A model generated the notes under the pieces. That model worked only from the letters and a program-made list of their open reading frames with translations. It was not told where the DNA came from and ran no database searches. DNA of 24,000 nt from Chitinimonas sp. (GTDB lineage: Bacteria; Pseudomonadota; Gammaproteobacteria; Burkholderiales; Chitinimonadaceae). Where the stretch lies: contig NZ_DATCSC010000130.1 of NCBI RefSeq assembly GCF_036568685.1, positions 12,565 through 36,564 on the forward strand, given 5' to 3'. Positions 1 through 6,326 of the stretch are shown here, piece by piece. The translations under genes and the position numbers were made by a program. How positions within the stretch are numbered: position 1 is the stretch's first letter; each line of letters opens with the position of its first letter.

Positions 1-678
1 GCCGCGCTACATGGCCTCGCCTATGAGGCGGGCCAGCCCAGCGGCAACGCTGCGCTCTACTACCCGCGCCTCTCGGCGCCCAACCCGCTGCGACGCGGCC
101 AGCAGGAGCTGTTCGCCCCATGCGGCGCCATCGCCGGCATCCTGGCCCGCCTAGATGCCCAACACGGCGTCTGGAAGGCCCCCGCCGGGCTGGATGCCAG
201 CCTGCAAGGCTCGGCCCAGGCCGGTGTGAGCATGGACGAGCACGGCCAGGCCACGCTCAACAGCGCCGGCATCAACTGCCTGCGTGCCCTGCCCCAGCAT
301 GGCACCGTGGTCTGGGGCGCGCGCACCCGCAGCAGTGGCGATATCCACCCCGCACGCTACCTCCCGGTACGCCGCACCCAGCTCTATATCGAGCAGAGCC
401 TGCAGCGGGGTACCCGCTGGGCGGTGTTCGAGCCGAACTCCGAAGCACTCTGGGCGCAACTGCGGGCCAGCGTGGAGGACTTTCTGCAGGGCTTGTTCCG
501 CCGCGGCGCGTTTCTGGGGGCCAGTCCCGAGCAGGCCTACTATGTGCGCTGTGACCGTAGCACCATGAACGAGGCCGACATTGCCCAGGGCCTGGTACGG
601 CTGCAGCTGGGCTTCGCCCCGCTCAAACCGGCCGAATTCGTGACCCTGCAGCTCAATCTGCAGCTGCAAGCGACCTAG
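1..678 (+). CDS. Contractile tail sheath protein, C-terminal part (5' end lies left of the window)
   Basis: Frame +1 is open from base 1 to TAG 676-678. The translation ...YYPRLSAPNP...CGAIAGILARLDAQHGVWKAPAG...INCLRALPQHGTVVWGARTR...RWAVFEPNSEALWAQLRASVEDFLQGLFRRGAF...QLGFAPLKPAEFVTLQL carries the conserved C-terminal motifs of phage/tailocin/eCIS sheath proteins. GC3 bias is strong. Confidence 0.8.
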   Translation, partial: AALHGLAYEAGQPSGNAALYYPRLSAPNPLRRGQQELFAPCGAIAGILARLDAQHGVWKAPAGLDASLQGSAQAGVSMDEHGQATLNSAGINCLRALPQHGTVVWGARTRSSGDIHPARYLPVRRTQLYIEQSLQRGTRWAVFEPNSEALWAQLRASVEDFLQGLFRRGAFLGASPEQAYYVRCDRSTMNEADIAQGLVRLQLGFAPLKPAEFVTLQLNLQLQAT

Positions 679-691
679 TCACGAAAATCTC

Positions 692-964
692 CTAGCCCGC
701 TTCCAGCAGCCGGTGGGCTGCAGCGGCATCCAGCTCCAGCCCGTAGATGCGCTTGAGGTCGGCAATGCGCTGCAGACTCTCGTCGCCAAAGGGCGACTTG
801 CCCTCGAAGGCATGCAGCACGATGCCCTCCATCAGATCACCCAGCGCCAGATCGTGGTACTCGGCCAGCGCCTTGAGCACCTTGAGCATGCGCTTCTCCA
901 TCCGAAAGCCGGTCTGCACCCGCTCCACCACATACCGTGCTGGCACGCTATCAGGCTGTGACAT
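692..964 (-). CDS. Small hypothetical protein (90 aa), possible ribbon-helix-helix DNA-binding protein
   Basis: ATG at 964 is preceded by GGAGG at 6-nt spacing; stop TAG at 692-694. The ORF-track start at 979 is a GTG without an SD. The segment TGFRMEKRMLKVLKALAEYHDLALGDLMEGIVLHAF has a strand-helix-helix pattern (inference only). It overlaps the upstream ORF by 14 nt. Confidence 0.55.
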   Translation of the reverse strand: MSQPDSVPARYVVERVQTGFRMEKRMLKVLKALAEYHDLALGDLMEGIVLHAFEGKSPFGDESLQRIADLKRIYGLELDAAAAHRLLEAG

Positions 965-1367
965 CCCCCACCTCCGCACGCTTTATCGGTACCCAAGGCT
1001 GCAGAACCAGCCGCCGCCGCGCCGCCTCGCTCGCCAGGGTGGCCGGCTGGTAGTAGGCCGCAAGTAGCTCACGATCAAACAAAGCCGGGTTGGCATCGGC
1101 AAAGGACACCCAGTCTGCACCCGGCGCATCCGCGATCCGTTCGGCCAGGAGGCTCATAAAGGCCACGGTCAATGTCTCGTGGTAGAGCCCCGGCTTGCCG
1201 ATCTGCACGGCAAACCGGCGCAGACCGTCACGCATGGCGAGGCAAGCCTCCAGAAAAGGCAGCCGGCACAGGTAGAGGTAGGCAACCCGCAGATGGGCGC
1301 GGTGGTTGAACTCGCCAGGCGCGAGCGCGGCCGCCTCAAAGGTAGCCAGAAAATCTTCGTCGGTCAT
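951..1367 (-). CDS. Hypothetical protein (138 aa), family not recognised
   Basis: ATG at 1367 is preceded by GAGGTG at 5-nt spacing; stop TGA at 951-953. Codons are GC3-rich. The sequence looks helical, with motifs FNHRAHLRVAYLYL and LYHETLTVAF. Confidence 0.6.
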   Translation of the reverse strand: MTDEDFLATFEAAALAPGEFNHRAHLRVAYLYLCRLPFLEACLAMRDGLRRFAVQIGKPGLYHETLTVAFMSLLAERIADAPGADWVSFADANPALFDRELLAAYYQPATLASEAARRRLVLQPWVPIKRAEVGDVTA

Positions 1368-1378
1368 GATGGCACCTC

Positions 1379-1419
1379 ACTTTGGTTACCATGTTACTTT
1401 GGTAACAAATGAAGTGCCA
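1379..1419 (-). promoter_or_regulatory. Candidate promoter/operator of the 138-aa/90-aa cassette: direct repeats plus a sigma-54-like -24/-12 element
   Basis: An 11-nt direct repeat ACTTTGGT(T/A)AC lies at 1379-1389 and 1396-1406, and GTTAC recurs at 1393-1397. The minus strand 1419->1403 reads TGGCAC-TTCAT-TTGTT, one mismatch (GT for GC at -12) from TGGCAC-N5-TTGCW. It lies 36-52 nt upstream of the ATG at 1367. Confidence 0.3.
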
Positions 1420-1431
1420 TACCGCCCATCC

Positions 1432-1455
1432 GGCCCCGCCCTTGCGGGCAGGGCC
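1432..1455 (-). terminator. GC-rich stem-loop just downstream of the chemoreceptor gene (possible terminator)
   Basis: GGCCC-C-GCCC / TTGC / GGGC-A-GGGCC gives 9 paired positions with one C/A mismatch and starts 13 nt after the stop at 1468. There is no clear U-tract on either strand. Confidence 0.35.
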
Positions 1456-1467
1456 GTCGGCTATGCA

Positions 1468-2814
1468 TCAATGCCGGGTGCCGTTACCAGGCCGGTGCTT
1501 GAAGGTTTCCACCGCCGAGAAGGTGTTGATCACGTTCACCACCTGGTTGCTGCTGTCACGGATCTTGTTGATCGCCACGCCGGCATTGTTGGCGTACTCC
1601 ACCCCCTGCTCGGCCTGTTTGAGCATCTGGTTGACGCCGGTAATGGCCGAATCGGTCCCCACCCGTATGCTCTCTATCATTCCCGAGATCTCGCGAGTCG
1701 AAATGGCGGTGCGCTCGGCCAACTTGCGCACTTCATCTGCCACCACGGCAAAGCCACGCCCTTGCTCGCCAGCCCGAGCTGCCTCGATAGCGGCATTGAG
1801 CGCCAGCAGGTTGGTCTGGTCGGCAATGTCCTTGATGGTACCGACGATGGATGAAATGCTGGACGACTTGGCTCCGAGATCGGCGATCAGCTCGGCCGAA
1901 TACTTGGCGCTGTTGGCGATGCTGCGCATTTCCACCGCCGCGGTCTCGATCACGCTGGCCCCCTGCTGCGATACCTGTTCGGTCTGCTCGGAGAGCTCAT
2001 AGGCCTCGCGCACATGCTCCATATCGTTGCGTATGCTCATCTCGCGCGCGGTCACATCGGTGGCGAACTTCACCACCTTGTAGAACTTGCCATCGGCGTC
2101 GAACAGCGGGTTGTAGGAGGCTTCCAGCCAGATCACCCTGCCCCCCTGGCCCCGCCGCTCAAACAGGCCAGCTATGAACTCACCCTGGTTGAGCCGGCGC
2201 CAGAACTGCGTGTACTCCGGGCTTTGGGCATAGGCTGGATCGCACAGCACACGGTGGTGCTGACCCTGCAGATGGCTGAGCGTATACCCCACGGTGTTCT
2301 GGAAATTCTGGTTGGCGTTCAGGATGACCCCATCTGGCGAGAACTCGATCACCGCCATGGAGCGCTGGATTGCCTCGATCTGGCTGGCCTCCTCCTGCGC
2401 CTTGGCGACACGAGCTGTCACGTCCTGGGCAAACTTGACTACCTTGTAGATCTGCCCGTCGACGCTGCGCACAGGGTTGTACGAAGCCTCCAGCCAAATC
2501 GCGTCGCCGTCATGACGCAGCCGCTTGAACTGGCCAGTCATAGGCTCGCCGTTGCGTAGCCGGCTCCAAAATTCGGTGTACTCACCCGAATCTGCATAAG
2601 CCAGGTCGCAGAACATGCGGTGGTGGTGGCCTCGCACCTCTTCCAACCGGTACCCCACGGCTTGGAGGAAGTTCTCGTTGGCATTGAGCACGGTGCCGTC
2701 AGGGTTGAATTCAATCACCGCCATGGAGCGGCTGAGGGCGTCGAGTATGGCTTGCTGATCGACGATGCACTTGCGCTGTTGCTGCAGTTGGTCCTGCGTC
2801 TTGCTCTTGAACAC
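1468..2814 (-). CDS. Soluble methyl-accepting chemotaxis protein with two tandem PAS domains (BdlA-like architecture)
   Basis: GTG start at 2814 with AGGAGG 8 nt upstream; 448 aa. Two repeated PAS units: [25 protein letters not shown]...HHHRMFCD...[10 protein letters not shown] and [25 protein letters not shown]...QHHRVLCD...[10 protein letters not shown]. The MCP signalling hairpin is [38 protein letters not shown]. No TM segment is present. Confidence 0.9.
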   Translation of the reverse strand: MFKSKTQDQLQQQRKCIVDQQAILDALSRSMAVIEFNPDGTVLNANENFLQAVGYRLEEVRGHHHRMFCDLAYADSGEYTEFWSRLRNGEPMTGQFKRLRHDGDAIWLEASYNPVRSVDGQIYKVVKFAQDVTARVAKAQEEASQIEAIQRSMAVIEFSPDGVILNANQNFQNTVGYTLSHLQGQHHRVLCDPAYAQSPEYTQFWRRLNQGEFIAGLFERRGQGGRVIWLEASYNPLFDADGKFYKVVKFATDVTAREMSIRNDMEHVREAYELSEQTEQVSQQGASVIETAAVEMRSIANSAKYSAELIADLGAKSSSISSIVGTIKDIADQTNLLALNAAIEAARAGEQGRGFAVVADEVRKLAERTAISTREISGMIESIRVGTDSAITGVNQMLKQAEQGVEYANNAGVAINKIRDSSNQVVNVINTFSAVETFKHRPGNGTRH

Positions 2815-2919
2815 GATGACAACCTCCTGGTCATGAATGATGACTTGTCTTCTTGTTGGCTTTCTTACGTGCCTTTATCGGGGGGTCTGCGCCACCCACC
2901 ACTCCACAATAGCCAAATC

Positions 2920-2936
2920 CCCTTGCTTGCCAAGGG
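2920..2936 (-). terminator. Weak stem-loop downstream of the LysR gene (possible terminator)
   Basis: CCCTTG / CTTGC / CAAGGG forms a 6-bp stem. On the minus strand it is followed by GATTTGG, and it lies about 68 nt after the stop at 3004. It could equally be part of the chemoreceptor promoter region. Confidence 0.25.
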
Positions 2937-3003
2937 CTTGCAGGCTCCTTTCGAATCAAGGACCTGTTCCTGCGGGGCCGGTGAGGAAAAAGACACAGAT
3001 GCG

Positions 3004-3882
3004 TTAGCGCGGCTGCAGGCGCGGGTCCGCACTCAGGCGGCTATGCAGGAACTGGGTCAGCACCCCAACCCTCGCCACCTGGCGCATGTCAGGGTGCGCC
3101 AGGATCCAGATCTCGGTATCCAGTTCCGGGCTGGCTGGCGCCAGTTGCACCAGCTCAGGGTAGTCATCTGCCAAAGGGCAAAGCAGCATGGCCGTTCCCA
3201 TGCCGGCACGTACGCACTGCAACATGCCCACCAGGCTGTCGCTACGCGCTACCACCTGTGCAGCAGGTATTGCCTTGGCCAGCCAGCGGGCCTGTGCCAG
3301 GTGGCCCAAGGCCTCGTCCGGCGCCACCCACGAGCCATCCTGCCAAGACGCACCGAGCGGCAGACTGTCCAGATAACTGCGGCTCGCGTAAGGCGCCGTG
3401 CGTATGCGCCCGGCGCAGCGACCCAACAGCTGGTCCGGCGGCTGGTTGGTACCGCGCACGGCCACATCGGCCTCGCGCCGGGTCAGGCGCATGAAATGGT
3501 TGCTCATGACGAGCTCCAACGTGACCTCGGGGTATAGCGCACGGAACTCCGCCAACAGGGGTGTCAGCAGGCTGGCGAACAGGGTATCGGTCGAGGTCAG
3601 CCTGATCGTGCCGCGTATCGCCCGGTCCTGTCCCATCAGCCGCCGCTGCGCGGTCTCGATCTGCTCCCCTAGACCAGCCAGCTCGCTGGCCAAGGCCTCA
3701 CCCGCCGGGGTGATCAGGTAGCCGCTGTTCCGTCTGTCAAACAGGCGCACTGCCAGTACCGCTTCCAACCGGCCCAGCCGGCGCAGCACCGTGCTGTGGT
3801 TCACCGCCAGCTGCCGCGCGGCGGCAGAGACCGAACCGCCCTGCTGCACTGCCAAAAAACAGCGCAGGTCATCCCAATCCAT
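3004..3882 (-). CDS. LysR-family transcriptional regulator
   Basis: The N-terminal wHTH MDWDDLRCFLAVQQGGSVSAAARQLAVNHSTVLRRLGRLE is followed by a LysR substrate-binding domain. The start is taken at ATG 3882, the canonical MDWDDLR N-terminus. In-frame alternatives are ATG 3891 and TTG 3906 (the ORF-track start), and none has a strong SD. It is divergent from the DoxX-GST genes. Confidence 0.85.
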   Translation of the reverse strand: MDWDDLRCFLAVQQGGSVSAAARQLAVNHSTVLRRLGRLEAVLAVRLFDRRNSGYLITPAGEALASELAGLGEQIETAQRRLMGQDRAIRGTIRLTSTDTLFASLLTPLLAEFRALYPEVTLELVMSNHFMRLTRREADVAVRGTNQPPDQLLGRCAGRIRTAPYASRSYLDSLPLGASWQDGSWVAPDEALGHLAQARWLAKAIPAAQVVARSDSLVGMLQCVRAGMGTAMLLCPLADDYPELVQLAPASPELDTEIWILAHPDMRQVARVGVLTQFLHSRLSADPRLQPR

Positions 3883-3892
3883 ATTCTGCATA

Positions 3893-3907
3893 TTTGCATA
3901 CCGCAAA
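3893..3907. promoter_or_regulatory. Candidate LysR box (T-N11-A dyad) in the LysR/DoxX divergent region
   Basis: TTTGC-ATACC-GCAAA is an interrupted dyad containing TTGC-N5-GCAA, which fits the T-N11-A pattern. It lies 11 nt upstream of the preferred LysR start (3882) and about 90 nt upstream of the DoxX ATG. Confidence 0.35.
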
Positions 3908-3993
3908 GGCCAATTCTTGGAATATTACTGCGCCATCGCGGACCGTACAGTGTGCCGTGCCTACAAACCGTCGGCGTTCACGAGGAGCACACC

Positions 3994-4422
3994 ATGAGCC
4001 AATACATCGACCGCCTACCCATCCCGGTACCCATGCTCGACACATACGCCGCAGCTCAGCTGCTACTGCGCCTGGCACTAGGCGCAATGTGGCTGAGCCA
4101 TGGTCTTTTGCTCAAGCTCATGACCTTTGGCGTCGCCGGACTGGGGCGCTGGCTCGGCAGTATCGGCTACCCCGGCTGGACGGCCGGCCCCTTGATCGCC
4201 GCCGAGACGCTGGGCGGGCTCGCCATTCTGCTGGGCTTTCATGGCCGCTGGGTATCGCTGGCGCTGCTACCTATCCTGGTCGGCGCATTGCAGATCCATG
4301 GCGGCAACGGCTGGGTGTTCACCAACCCTGGTGGCGGCTGGGAGTACCCGTTGTTCCTGATCGTGGCGAGTTTGATCCACGCCTTGCTGGGCGATGGCCG
4401 CCACGCCCTGTGCGCAGCCTGA
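3994..4422 (+). CDS. DoxX-family inner-membrane protein
   Basis: ATG at 3994 with GAGGAG 6 nt upstream. The 142-aa product has about 4 hydrophobic helices (LLLRLALGAMWLSHGLLK..., GPLIAAETLGGLAILLGF..., SLALLPILVGALQIHGGNGW..., YPLFLIVASLIHALLG), which is typical of DoxX. The longer ORF-track start (3796) would overlap the LysR gene. Confidence 0.8.
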   Translation: MSQYIDRLPIPVPMLDTYAAAQLLLRLALGAMWLSHGLLLKLMTFGVAGLGRWLGSIGYPGWTAGPLIAAETLGGLAILLGFHGRWVSLALLPILVGALQIHGGNGWVFTNPGGGWEYPLFLIVASLIHALLGDGRHALCAA

Positions 4423-4432
4423 GGGGCATGCC

Positions 4433-5119
4433 ATGCAAGCCCAACTGGAACTGATCAGCCACGCGCTCTGCCCCTATGTGCAGCGCGCCGCCATCGCCCT
4501 GGCAGAGAAGCAGCTGCCCTACACCCGCCGCGATATCGACCTTGCCGCCAAACCCGCCTGGTTTCTTGCGCTCTCGCCGCTGGGCAAGGTGCCGTTGCTG
4601 CGTAGCCCCGAGGGTGTGTTGTTCGAATCCGCCGCCATCCTCGAATACCTCGAAGACACGCAAAGTCCGCCCCTGCACCCGACCGCCCCCTACCGGCGGG
4701 CTCAGCACCGTGGCTGGATCGAATTCGGCAGCCATGTGCTGGCCGACATCGCCCGTTATTACCAGGCACCGGACGCCGCCGCGCTGGCCGCTGCGGAAGA
4801 TACCTTGCGGCAGCGCTTCGAGACCTTGGAGGCCGTATTGCACCAAGGCCCCTGGTTCGACGGGCCGCACTTCAGCCTGGTAGATGCCGTATTCGGACCG
4901 GTGTTTCGCTATTGGCAGGCCTTTGAGCGCGCCGGTGTGTGTGCCGTCTTCACCGGCTTGCCCAAGGTGCAGGCCTGGCGCAGCACGCTGGCAGCCCGCC
5001 CTTCGATCGCCCAGGCCGTAGGGCCAGACTACACCGAGCGTTTGTGGCACTTCCTGGCCAGCCGGCCCAGCGCGTTGGGCCGGCATATCGCCGCGCACGA
5101 GCACACAGCCCCGGTTTGA
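4433..5119 (+). CDS. Glutathione S-transferase family protein with a catalytic-Cys type N-terminus
   Basis: ATG at 4433, 10 nt after the DoxX stop. The thioredoxin-like N-domain is LELISHALCPYVQRAAIALAEK...LSPLGKVPLL...FESAAILEYLED. The CPYV motif sits where Omega/Lambda/Grx2-like GSTs carry the catalytic Cys. Confidence 0.85.
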   Translation: MQAQLELISHALCPYVQRAAIALAEKQLPYTRRDIDLAAKPAWFLALSPLGKVPLLRSPEGVLFESAAILEYLEDTQSPPLHPTAPYRRAQHRGWIEFGSHVLADIARYYQAPDAAALAAAEDTLRQRFETLEAVLHQGPWFDGPHFSLVDAVFGPVFRYWQAFERAGVCAVFTGLPKVQAWRSTLAARPSIAQAVGPDYTERLWHFLASRPSALGRHIAAHEHTAPV

Positions 5120-5152
5120 CAGCAACCCGGTTTTGGGAGCAAATTCTCATTT

Positions 5153-5758
5153 ATGAGAAATACTTCCCAAGATACAAACCACGCTGCGCTAGACCAACGT
5201 GCCGCGGAGATCGACCAACGGCTGGCGCAGCGGCTTGCCGACCTGCGCCAGCAGCGCGGCTGGTCGCTGGAAGCATTGGCCGAGCAAAGCGGCATCAGCC
5301 GCGCCACGCTATCGCGCCTGGAGCGGGGCGAGAGCAGTCCCACGGCCTCCCTGCTGGGCAGGCTGTGCGCCAGCTACGGCCTGCCCATGTCGCGCCTGCT
5401 GGCCGAGGTGGAGGTCGAGCCCGTGCGTCTGCTACGCGCGGCAGCGCAACCGGTCTGGATAGACCCGGAGACCGGCTTTCGTCGCCGCGGCGTGGCGCCC
5501 CCCATGACGGGCTTCAATGTGGACCTGGTCGAGGGGCAGATTCCACCCGGTACCACCCTCAGCTACGAGCGCAGCCCCCAACCGGGCCTTGAGCACCATA
5601 TCTGGCTGCTGGAGGGCGAACTGCACTACACCCTGGGCAGCGAGACCTTCGCCCTACGGCCAGGCGACAGCCTGAGCTTCCGGCTGTTTGACGCCACCCG
5701 CTTCCACAACCCCGCCACCACTCCGGCCCGCTACCTGATCGCCCTGGGACGACCATGA
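5153..5758 (+). CDS. XRE-family HTH regulator with a C-terminal cupin domain
   Basis: The HTH is LRQQRGWSLEALAEQSGISRATLSRLERGESSPTASLLGRLCASYGL. The C-terminal cupin-like beta region is HHIWLLEGELHYTLGSETFALRPGDSLSF. 201 aa. Confidence 0.85.
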   Translation: MRNTSQDTNHAALDQRAAEIDQRLAQRLADLRQQRGWSLEALAEQSGISRATLSRLERGESSPTASLLGRLCASYGLPMSRLLAEVEVEPVRLLRAAAQPVWIDPETGFRRRGVAPPMTGFNVDLVEGQIPPGTTLSYERSPQPGLEHHIWLLEGELHYTLGSETFALRPGDSLSFRLFDATRFHNPATTPARYLIALGRP

Positions 5759-6279
5759 ACATCTGCACCATCGAAGCCTTGAACGCCGAACAACTGGCCG
5801 AGCGCCTGTACGAGCTGGCTGAGGTACTGCAAGCCAGCGTGGCAGCGGGTGCCAGTATCGGCTTTGTCGAACCGTTCAGTCTGGAGGATGCCGCCAACTG
5901 GTGGCGCGGCCAGCTAGGTGCGCTGCAAAGCGGCGCCAAGCTGCAATGGGTGGCGCTGCAGGATGGCCGCGTGATCGGCACTGCACAATTGCAGCTCGAC
6001 ATGCCGGCCAATGGCCGCCATCGCGGCGAAGTCTGCAAGGTCATGGTCCACCCGGCCGCCCGCCGCCAGGGTGCGGCCCGGCTGCTGATGCAGGCGGTGG
6101 AAGCTGGCGCCCGTGCCAAGGCTCGTAGCCTCTTGGTGTTGGACACCAATACCGGCAGCCCGGCGGAACGGCTGTATGCCTCGCTGGGCTATATCACCGT
6201 GGGCAGCATCCCGGCCTATGCCAGCCAGCAGGATGGCAGCCTAGGGCCGACCACGGTCATGTACCGGGAGCTGAGTTGA
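5755..6279 (+). CDS. GNAT-family N-acetyltransferase
   Basis: ATGA start/stop overlap with the XRE gene (5755-5758). The acetyl-CoA binding core is KVMVHPAARRQGAARLLMQAVEAGARAKARSLLVLDTNTGSPAERLYASLGY. 174 aa. Confidence 0.85.
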   Translation: MNICTIEALNAEQLAERLYELAEVLQASVAAGASIGFVEPFSLEDAANWWRGQLGALQSGAKLQWVALQDGRVIGTAQLQLDMPANGRHRGEVCKVMVHPAARRQGAARLLMQAVEAGARAKARSLLVLDTNTGSPAERLYASLGYITVGSIPAYASQQDGSLGPTTVMYRELS

Positions 6280-6306
6280 TACAGGCTCAAACAGCAGTAG
6301 CAAGTC

Positions 6307-6326
6307 GCTGACCCAATACGGTCAGC
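6307..6326. terminator. Stem-loop between the convergent GNAT and GGDEF genes (possible bidirectional terminator)
   Basis: GCTGACC / CAATAC / GGTCAGC is a perfect 7-bp stem that overlaps the GGDEF gene stop (6322-6324). There is no U-tract. Confidence 0.25.

Noticed and set aside
2874-2883. The minus strand reads CCCCGATAAA, resembling the FliA/sigma-28 -10 element GCCGATAA, about 60-70 nt upstream of the chemoreceptor start.
   Set aside because: There is no TAAA-type -35 element at the required ~15-nt spacing, so only half the motif is present. This is not enough to call a sigma-28 promoter.
2946-2962. tRNA T-arm-like hairpin TCCTT-TCGAATC-AAGGA with a neighbouring 5-6 bp hairpin (2920-2936). 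This raised the idea of a tRNA gene or a tRNA-derived att remnant.
   Set aside because: There is no complementary acceptor stem (GAACAGG is absent upstream). No D-arm is present. The putative anticodon loop lacks U33, and the T-stem closes with T-A instead of G53-C61. An 8-mer like TTCGAATC is expected by chance at this sequence length.
3796-3993. Long N-terminal extensions in the ORF track for DoxX (3796), GST (4394), the SDR (11261), the SBP (11144), the OMF (22651) and the small membrane ORF (20481).
   Set aside because: Each extension overlaps a neighbouring gene or a promoter region and is compositionally nonsense. In each case an internal ATG gives the family-typical N-terminus (signal peptide, lipobox or Rossmann start). 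An SD precedes that ATG only for DoxX and the SDR.
5153-6279. XRE-cupin plus GNAT with an ATGA overlap, considered as a GNAT-toxin (TacT/AtaT/KacT-like) toxin-antitoxin pair.
   Set aside because: Known GNAT toxins pair with small RHH/DUF1778 antitoxins, not with a 201-aa XRE-cupin sensor-regulator. The GNAT sequence (MPANGRHRGEV.KVMVHP...LLVLDTNTGSPAERLY) looks like the widespread metabolic acetyltransferase type. A regulator-enzyme pair is the simpler reading.
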